DNA of 62,986 bases, filler included, from Ministeria vibrans ATCC 50519 (lineage: Eukaryota; Protista; Filasterea): NCBI GenBank assembly GCA_943704425.1. It is 7 parts of 7 records of this genome, joined end to end, with 100 filler letters (N's around TTAATTAATTAA, not from the genome) between each part and the next. Parts side by side here need not be neighbours in the genome. Positions count along the whole stretch, not along the records: positions 27,073 to 37,763 come from CALSCP010000502.1; positions 37,864 to 57,477 come from CALSCP010002584.1; 5 more parts are not named here. One strand, given 5' to 3'. This document shows, piece by piece, positions 35,524 through 47,778 of the stretch; within the stretch, counting starts at the first letter, position 1; each line of letters begins with the position of its first letter. A model generated the notes under the pieces. That model was not told where the DNA came from, did not search any database, and was given only the letters and a program-made list of their open reading frames with translations. The position numbers and the translations under genes were made by a program.

Positions 35524-37113
35524 ATGAATCCGCAATGCATTCTGTGCCAAAAACCTGTATACGCTGTTGAAGCTGTGAAAGTCAACGAGGCGGTGTGGCA
35601 CAAGGGATGCTTCCGATGTACGTCGCTTTTTGTTACCATGAGTTTTTTTTTGTTTCTTTCTTTTAAATCTCTCTCCTCTCTCTCTCTCTCCTCTCGGTTT
35701 CTTTTCATTTCTTGTGCGTACAGGCAAAGAGTGCAATGTCAAGCTGACGCTGCAAAATTACAAAAAAGTCGACAAGAAGAGCACAGACATTTACTGTCAC
35801 AAGTGCGTACCGGTACACCGACCGACCATCACGGCGGATTCGGTCGATCAAATGCGAATCAAGAATCGTCCCAGGGTGGGTCTTGTCAACGACCAGGTAA
35901 ATGCAGATAGAAAACAAGCAAGACGCCTGTTTGTCCGTTGATGTTTTTTTTTTTTTTGAACTAGGTCCGAGGAGAGTTAGCTGGTCAAAAATCCGGAGAG
36001 ACTACAGACAGTGTCGGCCTTGGTGGTCGTCTGCGAGCGCCGAGACAAGGTGTCATCAACGAACAGGTACGATGAAGACTGTGTGAACAACAACAACAAA
36101 AAATATATCAATTATAATTATAATAATATTATAATTATTATAATTATTTTTAACATTTTTTATTGTAGATTCGAGGCGAACTCGCAGGACAAAAGACAGC
36201 ATTGACGGCCGAATCGGCGTCGATGAAGCTGGCAATGAACGCCCCGAAAGTTAGTTTGGTCAACGACCAGTTGCGAGGCGAACTGGTTGGCTCCAAGTCA
36301 TCGGCGGACGCGGCGTCACTGGAGATGCAGAACAGGATTAATGCGCCACGACAAGGGACGGTTAACGAGCAGGTGCGTGGTGAGTATGCGGGCTCGAGGA
36401 CAGCAGTAGATTCGGACAGTGTGGGCTTCGTGACGGCGGCCAACTCGCAAAGGGCAGCGTCGGCCATTCGCGTCGAAAAGGGCCAAGGCGTCGTCGATGA
36501 CACGCCCGCAGCCTCACCGGGCGATGCGATGCGCGTCATGAGAGAGAAAGAAAAGCAGGCGCAGCAACAGCAAGGGTCGTCGGTAGTAGGCAGGGAGCGC
36601 GACAAGTACGCAACCATGTCGCCCCAGGAGGCGTTCCTGTTGCGCAAGCAGGACCGTGCAGGCAACGGCACCGCCAGTCCCTCAGAGAAACCGTCGGCGC
36701 GCAGCCTTTTCCCCGCACCCGCACAGAACCCCAATGCCGACCCCGGCACGCCACAGTACGCCGACCCGCACATGGCCGCGCTGGCCGCACAGCAGGCCCT
36801 CGAGCTTGCCGCTGCCAAGGAGGCGGCCATTGCCGCCCAGCGCGCCGCTTCCATTGCCAAATTCAGCGCCAGTGGCAATGGCCCTCCTCCCGTGCCCGCC
36901 TCGTCCCGTCCCCCGGCCGACGATCTTTATGTCAACCCCGAGGATGTCAAAGCAGGAGGAAAAGATGGAGATAATCTCTACGAGGTAACCACTCTTTTAT
37001 TTTGTAATCAACTCGATTGAGTCTGACCTTTTGTGTGGCACCCTCTTTAGGACATTTCCGGCTACGACCAAGACAAGAAGAACGGAGATGATCTGTACAT
37101 GCCGCTTTACTGA
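35524..37113 (+). CDS. Single LIM-domain protein with ~32-aa internal repeats and Tyr-motif tail
   Basis: LIM CILCQKPVY...WHKGCFRC|KECNVKL...YCHKC, four xPx(V/Q)xxVN(D/E)Q(V/I/L)RGE repeats, five exons, stop TGA 37111-37113. Confidence 0.8.
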
Positions 37114-37487
37114 GCATCCCCGTGACAATTTTCAGCAAGGCAAAGAGCGTGAGAGTGTGACTGAGCGAGCAAAGGAGAGAATTCAAAAGAGTGGTGCGAG
37201 AGAATATTTTGAAAGCCATCTTCATAAAAAATATTTCCTTTTTTCTATGATTATTTTTTGAATTGAACACAATGAATGAATCCCTCTTCAACCTCTTGAG
37301 CCAATGAGCCTCTTGACTCTTTCCCTTTTTTTCCAGGATCCGTCGTGGATCAGTCTTTGTTGACTGATCACTGATCTGCAGGAAGGTGAAATTAAACACA
37401 CCTCCTGACTTCTTAGTTGATAGTAGTAAGATGGTTCTTCAATCTTCGATCATCGATATGACGATTCATATTTTGTTTCACATTGCA

Positions 37488-37676
37488 ATGCCTCGATACT
37501 TTTGTCACTACTGTGACACATACTTAACACACGACTCGGTAGGACAGTGTGGGATCGGCAGAGCGAAACGTCGCGATTTGTCCCTTTCCTAAACTCTCTT
37601 CCCTTCTCCTCACTCTCACAAAGGCATCCGTCAGGAAAACGCACAACAGTGGTCGTCGTCACAAGGATGCTGTGAG
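37488..37676 (+). CDS. SNRPC: U1 snRNP protein C, 5' exons (truncated by gap)
   Basis: MPRYFCHYCDTYLTHDS|ASVRKTHNSGRRHKDAVR, the U1-type zinc finger. Confidence 0.9.
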
Positions 37677-37725
37677 GTAGGCAACACCGTTGGACCACCG
37701 AGAGATCTTCTCTCGTCGTCTGACT

Positions 37726-37759
<34 letters not shown>

Positions 37760-37863
37760 CTTTNNNNNNNNNNNNNNNNNNNNNNNNNNNNNNNNNNNNN
37801 NNNNNNNTTAATTAATTAANNNNNNNNNNNNNNNNNNNNNNNNNNNNNNNNNNNNNNNNNNNN

Positions 37864-40800
37864 GTGTTGGTGTAGAGACCCTCGGCACAAATGGTGCGAG
37901 CGCCACCAGTGCACGAGTAAAACATGGGGCAAATGTCACAGTCAGAACGGGCAGTCTCCTCGTTGTACTCACCATCGACGCACACCTTCATAGTCTCGCC
38001 ACTTACGCAGTACGAGCCAATGCTGCAGTCAACACAGCTAGCCTGGCCCTGTTGGGGCTGGTGCTTGCCGTTGGGGCACACAGTCTCGATGCCACCGTTG
38101 CACGAATGCTGAGTGTTGCAACTCTTGCACTCGCTCAACTGGGCGACGTCAGAGTAGCCGCCGGGAGCACACACCGTTTGGAATCCTCCGACACAGAAGT
38201 GTTTTGCGGTGCAGGTCAGGCAGGCGTTCTGATTGCCGGCCGGCTGATGGAAACCAGCGGGACACTGGGTCTTGATGCCACCAGTGCACTTGTGACCAGC
38301 CTCGCACGTCGCGCAGTCAGACTGCCCGGTCGAGTCGGTGTACTCTCCCTCGATACACTGACTGATGTCGCCGCTGGTACACTCGGATCCAATAGGACAC
38401 GTGATACACACAGATTGACCTGTCACCAGATTGTACTGTCCTGGCACGCAAGTGGTACACACGCTGAGGCCGGTGGTGGCGGCAATCTCGTGGGCACCAC
38501 ACGCGGTCATGATTCCAGCAACACACTTGCTGCCAGCGTCACAAGAAAGACAGTCCGCATTGCCAGCAACTGGCTGGTGTGTTCCCGCAGCGCATGTGCC
38601 ACACACGGTCTGACCGGTTGTGGGGGCATGCGTGGTAGCAGCGCAGTCGGTGCGGTGGCCGCCGACACAGTACGATCCTTTGGGACAGATGGTGCAGGTG
38701 CTGGCGCCCGCGAGTGAGTAGTGACCCGTGGCGCACGGCGTCTTGATGCCGGCGGCGCAGGCGTGGCCAGCTTCGCACGTGGTGCAGGCAGTGTTAGCGG
38801 TGTTGAGGGAGTACGAGCCGGCGGTGCAAGTGGGGCACGTCGAAGCGCTGGGGCTGGCCTGCGACGTTGCGGCAGGGCATGCAGTCTGAATGCCTCCGTT
38901 GCAGCTGTGGCCCGGAGCACAAGCGTCGCAGCTGTCCTTGCCAGTGCCGGGCTGGTGAGATCCGCCCGGACATACGGTGCGCACACCGGCGTTGCACGAG
39001 AAGGTAGCGGGGCAGGTCACGCACGAACTTTGACCAGTGGACTCCTGGTAGGAACCAGCAGCGCACTGTGTCTTGACGCCGCCCGAGCAGGAGTTGGTCG
39101 CTTCACAGGTGATACACACCGACTGAGAGGCGGTGGATGTGTACTTGCCTTCAGCACACACAGTCTCGACACCGCCGACGCAGAAGTAGTTGGCTCGGCA
39201 CGCAATGCACGCCGCCTGACGCTCGTTAGGCTGGTGTGTGCCAGCAGCGCAAGGGATTTGGTTGCCACCCGTACAGTAGTTCGTGGGTGCACATCCGTCG
39301 CATGTGCTCTTCTTTGTTGCGTCAGTGTACAAACCCGGACCACACTTGTTGCGGCCGCCCTGGACACAGTAGTAGGTGATGGGGCACGGGTCGCACGTGT
39401 CGCGTTGCACAAAGTCGTTGTACTCGCCAGCAGGGCAAGGAATGAGCTCACCATCGATACACTTGTTGCCGATAGGACACTCAAGTTGCTCGCCACCGGT
39501 ACAGTAGTGACCAAAAAGGCACGTCTTACAGACCGACTGAGCCGGTGCGTCCTGGTATGTTCCGTCGATGCATGGGACCAGCTTCCCGTTGGCACACTTG
39601 TTCTTGGTGGGGCACGCCGTGCACACGCTGAGTCCTGCGGTCGCGGAGTAGTAGCCTGGGTCGCAAACCTTCTGGATACCTGCGACGCAGTAATGACTCT
39701 CGGTACAGGTGAGACACACACTGGCGCCCTCGTTGGTGTAGTCACCGGCGTCACAAACGACAGGACCCGCGCCCACAAGACAGTAGCTGCCCTCGGGGCA
39801 CGGAGAGCACGTGGACTTGCCGGTGGCAGGCTGGTACTGGGCGTTGGGGCACGGCGACTTGTTTCCGGCGTTACACATGTGGTGCAGCGGGCACGTGGTA
39901 CAGACAGATTGTCCCTTGGTGTCGGTGTACGATCCGCTGGCGCAGATGCTGATCTGACCGGCGCTGCATGAGCTGCTGATTTCGCACGAGAGACAAGCTG
40001 TCTTGCCAGTCGCAGGCTGGTACTGACCTGCGGCACACACGACGGCCGTTCCCGACGATCCGGCACAGTAGTTGTACTGGGGGCAGGTGACGCACACGCT
40101 CGCACCGGTGCTGGCAGTATGGGTTCCAGCGGCGCACGACTGAATGGCTCCCGATGTGCAAAACTTGTGAACGGGGCACGGAGCGCACGTGGAGCTTCCG
40201 ACAGCGTTGTTGTACTCGCCAGCAGTGCAGAACACACAAGCGCTCATTCCGGGGGCAGACGTGTACTTGTGCGCAGCACATTGGGTAGCGACACCTCCGA
40301 CGCATTCACTTCCGGCCGGACAAGTGATACAGTTGGCCTGCGATGCGCTGGGCTGGTGAGAGCCAGCGGCGCACGCGACGCACACAGTCTTGCCAGTCTG
40401 GGGCTGTGACGTGGTTGCGGGACAGTCGGTGCGGTGGCCACCGACACAGTACGATCCCTTAGGGCAGATAGTGCAGGTGCTGGCACCTGCCAGTGAGTAG
40501 TAACCCGTGGCGCACGGCGTCTTGATGCCGGCGGCGCAGGCATGGCCAGCTTCGCATGTGGTGCAGGCAGTGTTGGCAGTGTTGACGGAGTAGGAGCCGG
40601 CGTCACAAGTGGGGCACGTCGAGGCGCTGGTACTCCCCTGCGATGTTGTGGCAGGGCATGCAGTCTGAATGCCTCCGTTGCAGCTGTGGCCCGAGGCACA
40701 AGGAAGACAGCTGTCCTTGCCTGCACCGGGCTGGTAAGTTCCGGCGGCGCAACGAGTGCGCACACCGGCGTTGCACGAGTAGGTGGCGGGGCAGGTCACG

Positions 40801-43800
40801 CACGAGCTCTGGCCGGTGGACTCCTGGTAGGAACCAGCAGCGCACTGCGTCTTGACGCCGCCCGAGCATGAATTGGTTGCTTCACAGGTGACGCACACCG
40901 ACTGAGAAGCAGTGGATGTGTACTTGCCTTCGGCACACACAGTCTCAACACCGCCGACGCAGAAGTAGTTGGCACGGCACGCAGTGCAAACAGAGCGGCC
41001 AGTGCTAGGCTGGTGTGTGCCAGCAGCGCAAGGTGTGAGCTTTCCAGCCTGGCAGTAGTTGAGAGCCTGGCACTGCTTGCAGATGCTTTGGCCGGCAGTT
41101 GCCGTGTAGGTTCCCGAAGCGCAGATGGTACGAACACCCTCAGCGCACGCGTAATTGACAGTACACGAAATGCATATCGACTGAGCAGCCTGCTCCTGGA
41201 ACAGACCAGCGCCGCAGGGGGTCTTGGCACCACCGGTACATGAGTGACCGGTGGGACATGGCTGCTGGACACCGCCAGTACAGTAGTGACCGGGATCGCA
41301 AGCGAGGCACGTTGCCTGGCCTGTGTTGGGCTGATGAAGGCCCTCTTCACAGGGTGACTTGGTGCCGGCAGTGCACGAGTGCTGGATAGGACAGAGGGTG
41401 CAAGCCGATTGACCGGTGGCGTCCTGGTAACGGCCATTGGGACAGACAGTCTTGATGCCACCAACACAGTAATTGGCGACGGGACAAGTGGTGCACGAAG
41501 TGGCGGACGCAGGCGAGAAGCTGCCGCCGGGACACACGACGGGCGCAGCACCTCCGGCGCAGGTTGAGCCGGCCGGACACGCAATGCAGGAGGTCTTGCC
41601 AGTGTCAGGCTGGTACTGGCCGCCTGGGCAGGGAGTACGCACGCCGCTGTTGCACTTGTGGTGGACAGGACAGGCTCCGCACACGGACTTGCCAGTGGTA
41701 TCAGTGTACTTGCCGGCGGCGCACGTGAGGCGGTTGCCGCCAACACAGTAGCTGTTGGTGGTACAGGTGGTACACGACGACTGGCCCGTTGCCAGCTGGT
41801 ACTGACCAGCGGCACACACGACAGCCTGGCCGCTGCTGCCGGCACAATAGTGGTAGATGGGACAGGAAGCGCAGACCGAGGCGCCCGTGCTGCTGGTATG
41901 CGTTCCAGCGGAGCAGCTCTTGATGCTGCCGCCTGTGCAATACTTGTTGATGGGACAAGCATCGCAGGTGGCGTCACCAGCGGTAGTAGTGGATGTGCCT
42001 GCAGCACAGGTGGTGCACGCACTGGCACCCGCCGAAGAGGACGTCGTGGCGGCGCAAGCGGTCTTGACACCGCCCACGCACGAGCTGCCAGCGGGGCACG
42101 AGATGCACGAGGACTGTGCTGTCTGTGTTTGGTACTGACCAGCAATGCAAGTCTTGCAGGCAGTCTGACCCACCGAGTTCTGGTACTGCGTGGCGGGGCA
42201 CGCGGTGCGTGCGCCATCGACACACTTGTAGCCGGCTTCGCACCTGACGCACGATGTGCCGGAAATGTAAAAGCCAGTGCTGCAGCCGGTCTTGACGCCA
42301 TCGACGCAGATCGAGCCAGAGGGGCATGCCAAGCAGCCAGTGTTGGCTGTGCCCTCTGAGTAAGTTCCCGAGGGGCATGTGGGGCATGTTGCCTGACCGG
42401 TTTGGCTTTGGTAGGTGGCAGCAGGACAAGCGGTTTGGGACGTGTGCGGTGAGGGGCACATGAAACCCTTGGAGCAAGTGGTGCACGCATAGGCGCCAGT
42501 GGACGCGGTGTAGGTACCATCAAGGCAGCCCGAGCGGAGACCGCTCACGCACTTGTAGCCCTGTTGGCAGAGAGTGCACGAACTGGCGCCAACACCAGAG
42601 TACGCCGAGACGCCGGGACCCGTCGGACACTGGATCTTCAGTCCCGAGGTGCTGGGACAGTAGAAGGTCGGAGGGCAAATGCTGCAGACGGACTTGGCGA
42701 CGGCATCGGTATGAACACCTGCGCCACACAGGCTCTGGACACCGGAAGTGCACATGTAGCCAATGGAGCAAGCGGAGCACGATGTCGTGCCAGTGTTGGG
42801 CTGGTGATAGCCAGCGGCGCATCCCTGGCGAATGCCACCGGTACAGTAGTACTTGGCCTCGCACGTGGTGCACACCGACTTGCCAGTCGAGCTGGTGTAC
42901 TTGCCGCCAGCGCATTGAGTCTTGAGACCGTTGATGCAGTACGATCCAATGGGGCACGCGGTACAGGCGCTGTTGAGAGCGTACGTGCCGGCGGCGCACG
43001 AGCCGAGGTTACCACCGACGCACACCTTGCCGGCGGGACACGGGTAAGCGACACCCTGAGTGCAGTAGTAGTTGGCGGGGCAAGTGTCGCACGACGACTG
43101 GCCCGTCTTCGGCTGGTGGAGACCCTCGGCGCAGATGGTGCGGATGCCCGAACTGCACGAGTGGGCCGTGGGACAGGTGTCGCAGGAGGTTTTGCCAGGG
43201 GAGGCCTGGTAAAAGCCAGCGGGGCAGATCTTGCGAGTGCCGTCGCCCGAGCACGAGTAGGCAATGGTGCAAGTGGCGCATACGGAGAGACCGGTGCTCT
43301 CGCCGTAGGTACCGGCGCCGCAGAGCTTGGGGTCCGCTCCGGCGGTGGGGCAGTAGTACTTGACGGGACAGACTGAGCAAGCGCTAGCCTTGGTTGAGGG
43401 AGTGTAATAGCGCACGGGGCAGATGGTTTGCTTGCCGCTGGTGCACATGTAGTTCTTGGGGCAATCAGCGCACGTCGATTGCTTGGTGGCGGCTGTGAAT
43501 CGACCCGCTCCACACACTTGGCTTTGACCGCCGCTGCAGTAGCTGCCAATGGCGCAGTTGTTGCAAGTCCACTGGCCGGTCGAGTGCTGGTAGGTGCCGG
43601 CGCTACAGACAGCGCGAGTGCCGGTCACACCTGTGCAGTAGTTGTAGATGGGGCACGTTTGACAGGAAGATTGTCCCCCTGCGTCGGTGTAAGTACCCTG
43701 GGCGCACAGGGTTTGAACACCGCCGGAGCAAGCGTAGCCAGTGCCGCAAGTTTTGCACGAGGTGCTGTATGCCACCGACGTGTACGTTCCGCTGGCGCAC

Positions 43801-45903
43801 GTGGTGCAGACGGTGCGACCGGCCAGGCTGTACTTGGACGCGGGGCAGGGGGTACGGCTGGCACCGTTGCAGTAGTAGCCGGCGGTACACGTGGTACACT
43901 TGGCCGAGCCTGTCGAAGGGGTGTAGCTGCCGCTGGTGCAACTGAGGCAGCCGCTCTGTCCCTCGCTACCCTGGTACTTGCCGAGAGGACAGACTGCCGT
44001 GTTGCCACTGGTGCAGTAGCTTCCAGCCGAGCATGTCTTGCAGACGGTCTGGCCGTACTGGTTGGTGTAGCGGCCGTTGGCGCAGAGGCTGCTCACGCCC
44101 GATGGACACTGGTAGCGAGGTTGGCATGGAGTGGTACACGAAGTAGCGCCGGCGCCGCTTGTGTAGTAACCCGTCGAGCAGAGAGTACACGCCTTCATGG
44201 CGTACTGTGATCCATAGCGACCGGTCGGACAACTGAGGCACCACGCCTGCCCTGTGGAGCTTTGGTACTGGCCGGTGGGGCAGTTGCGGCAGTAGTTGCG
44301 CGAGTAGGGGTTGTACTGACCGCCCGGACAGTTGGTGCAGAGGCCGCCGGCGGAGCTTGTCTTGCCCGAGGGACAGTTAGTGCAGGAGGTGGAGCCTGCA
44401 GGCGACGATGTGTACGAAGGACAGTTGAGGCAACTTGTGCTGGAAAGATACTGGCCAGCGGCGCAGCCGGCACACGAGGTGCGGGCACTGTTTGCGGTCT
44501 TTCCACTGGGACAAGCATCGCAGTATTTGCGGTCGGAACGCCCGATTGTGCCGGCAGGGCACAGAGGGCAGCTGGCGTAACCGGAGTAGGAGAACGTTCC
44601 AAGGGTTGGACAGGTGACGCAGTACTTGGAGCCCCAAAGGCCTGTGTACTGGCCGGCCGGGCAGTTGATGCACGAGGAACGGCCCTGCTGGTCCGCGTAC
44701 TTGCCCTGGGGGCAAGCAGTGCACGAGGTACTACCGGCGGACGGGTTGTACTTGCCATAGTCGCAGTAGGTGCACTGGTATGTGGCAGTTGTGGCCTTGT
44801 AGCGACCCGAGGGGCACGCCCAGCACGCGGTCGAGTAGTATGACGACTGCGAGACGGTTCCTCCTTGACACGCGCTGCACACCCACCAGCCGCTGCCGGA
44901 TGAGTAGTAACCTGGACCACAGGCAGCGCAGGAGCTTTGTGTGTAGTAGTTATTCGAACGACCAGCTGGGCAGCTAATACACGACGCCTGTTGCGTGCTA
45001 CCCTGGTACTGGCCTTGAGGGCATGCGATGCAGCCATAGCGCACCTGACTTTGGTAGTACGAGCTCGACGGCATGTAGTATCCACTGCCGCAGGTGCGAC
45101 AACCAGATGTGGGCGCGTCGTTGTAGTAGAAGTACCTACCACCGGGGCAGTAGGCGCATGAGCCTGCACCGGAGCTCAGCGTCGTCTGAGGCTTGGTGCA
45201 GGAGCGACATGCCTTGAGGCCACCGTAGGCGTACAGAGTGCGGTAGTAGTAGTAGGTGGTCGTTTCTCCCCACCACGAGTTGTAGCTGTAGCCGGTGGTG
45301 AGAACGGAAAAGGCATTGTTCACCCAAGCGTTGTTCGGCGTGTACTTGCCAATGGGGCACGTATGGGGACAGTTGGACGTGCGACCAAAGGTGTAGGGAG
45401 CGTTGCTGTAGTAGCGACCGGTCGAGCACGCGACGCAGGATGAATAACCCGCACCGGGGGTGTACGTGACGGGATTGCACGAGATACACGAAGTGGCAGA
45501 AGTACCGGCGTATCTTCCGGCAGCGCAGCCATAGCAGTACGTCTGGCATGTTGAAGCCTGGTAGTATCCTGGAAAATGTACAAAAGAAACAATACTTATT
45601 GTAAAAATCCAACAGGTATAATACCCGCTACGTTGTCGTACCATACGAACAGGCACGGCAGGAAGATTGACCGGACGACCCTTGGTATTGGCCGGCGGGG
45701 CAACAGCGGCACGCACCAGAGCCGCCCTGTCCGTAGTAGGGCTGGTAACGACCAGTGCCACAGCTGACACAGTAGCCCGGGTCGCCATTACGCCACTGCG
45801 GAAAGTATTATTAATTATATTATTACGATTGTTTTTTTTTTATCTTTTGTGTGTGTGTGTTTTTTTTTTTTTTACCATGCCGGGAGGGCAGACAATGAGA
45901 CGA

Positions 45904-45935
<32 letters not shown>

Positions 45936-46286
45936 ACGGCGGCGGCGGCGGCGACGACGGCGGCCCCAGCGCTTAACAATTTCCCCAGACTCGCTACTTT
46001 CGTCGGAGAGAGCGGCCTCCTCAAGAGACGCCTGCAGACCGGCCAAAATATCAAGCTCATTGGAAGTTTCGCTCTGGAGGTCGGCGCCACGCTTTTCAGG
46101 GCGAGCGTCCGACCACTCAAGGGCCGAGTCGGCGGCGGAGGGCTGTTCCGCCCGAGCCTCCGCAGTGATTTCGTTCAAGGGCGACACCGCCTCCTCCTTG
46201 GGAACGTGAGCCGCCACTACTGCAGAGAGTAGACTCAGTAGAGTAGCCAACACGACGAGTAGGAGTCGGTCGCGCGTAGTTGCCAT
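37864..46286 (-). CDS. Giant (>2700 aa) secreted Cys-rich repeat protein (GCC2/GCC3, ephrin-receptor-like CxxCPAGxYQ repeats); 3' end lost in gap
   Basis: Exons 46286-45876, 45795-45642 and 45568-37864 join in frame through GT-AG introns. Signal peptide, acidic segment, KR, W-G-R21, then dozens of CxxCPxGxY(Q/C) units. Confidence 0.85.
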
Positions 46287-47778
46287 CTGTCAGAAGCACA
46301 GCGAGTTTTAGTTTTTTTTTCTTTATTGCGACACGCACAGTTTTCTTTGCACAAGGACACAAAATCAATACACGCATAGTTCCCGCCCAACTGAGTGAAC
46401 TGACCCAAGCATTGGTGTCGTTTCAACAAAGCGCACAGAGACTCCAATACTTTAAATTTTTTTATGAGAATCATTAAGGTTTGTTGATACGTTAGCACAA
46501 ACCCACAGGCACCCAAAAAAAAAAAAGTGTCACCGCAAACATTTGTGTTTGGCGCTTGTACAGCCGCACGGCTTTACTTTCAGCGCGGAAGTCACTCATA
46601 ATGGACTTGTATGGTCACTAATTATTCTTCGGGGCAAAGATAGCGCAAGAAGCAGGTGTCGGTGGTGGCTGGGATGGGTTGGCAAAAAGATGCTCTGCGA
46701 ATGCTCTGCAGAAAAGGGCTCTGCCGTGTCTACTTGGCTGCTGCACCCGCCCCACGACACATACACACTGATTTCATGCATGGTACTCATGCATATGCTT
46801 GGATTTGCAAAGAAAAAGAGGGGTTGGGTCTTTTTCTTCTCATGGACTATCTTTGGTATGTTCCGCGAATGTCTCGCACGCACAAGGGAGGAGGAACGCA
46901 GACGCCCGTCATGCTGCATGTGCTCGGCACAGCCCGCATTTCGATATAATATGTAACCTTACCATTGAAATGATCTTTAGTGGGAACACGAAAAAAAAGA
47001 TGAATTAATTTTTGAGAATTTAGAGAAAAAATTAATCATAAGCGTACAGATTAATAATAATATTTTTTATGATAATAATGATTAGATTGGAAGAATTTGA
47101 AGCCATACTTTCAGCATTCAGCAACAAAAATCTCTTAAAAAGAACCTCTATAAATGCTCAATGCTTGACCAGAACGCTTTGCGGAGATGAATGGTCAATA
47201 AAATAATTTCTTCCGAGCGATTTCGTTGAAAAAGTGGGAGACGCCGTGAGCGTCTATTAAAAATGATTGTTATGAACAAAACAATAAATTATTATTATAA
47301 TTGCAGTAATAAAGATTGGCAAAGAATTGCTCCATGACATATTATTGGCAAGGAAAGAAGAAGATGAGTACTAGTGTGCATTGTCACTTGAACTCTACTT
47401 TGCCGTTGGTTCGCCGAACGTTCGCCCTCCGACGCGACTGCTTCACCCTCCCCCAAGTTTCAAGTAGACGTTGCGCGATCGGCCGTCGACTTGCGTGCAT
47501 GAGAGCCGGTTACCAGATCAAGACGTGAACCTTTCCGCCCGCGGGTCCTCCGGCACCGAAGTTCCTTCGCTGGCAAAGGAAAAATTTGAAGAAGTGATAT
47601 TGCTTTGTTTTGTATATAGTCTTGTTTTGACATTTAGTACGCTACTACAGCTCTCGATTATCCTAGGTATTTTTCTTATTTTGAATAATTATTATGTATT
47701 TTCCTGACGTTGGCTTTCGTTGTGTATTGCGACTGTACATGTGCAGAAGGGCCTTTCCGTCTCGCTTCTCCTTTCGCG

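Noticed and set aside
34620-35742. Long ORFs spanning the ~500-N gap
   Set aside because: Artefacts of translating Ns.
38052-45169. Many long overlapping/antisense ORFs over the Cys-rich gene (also over the EGF and GPCR genes)
   Set aside because: Shadow frames of GC-rich repetitive coding sequence with no independent motifs.
45667-46209. Plus-strand poly-Arg ORF
   Set aside because: Antisense reading of the CGN run; the minus strand has the signal peptide and in-frame splice sites.
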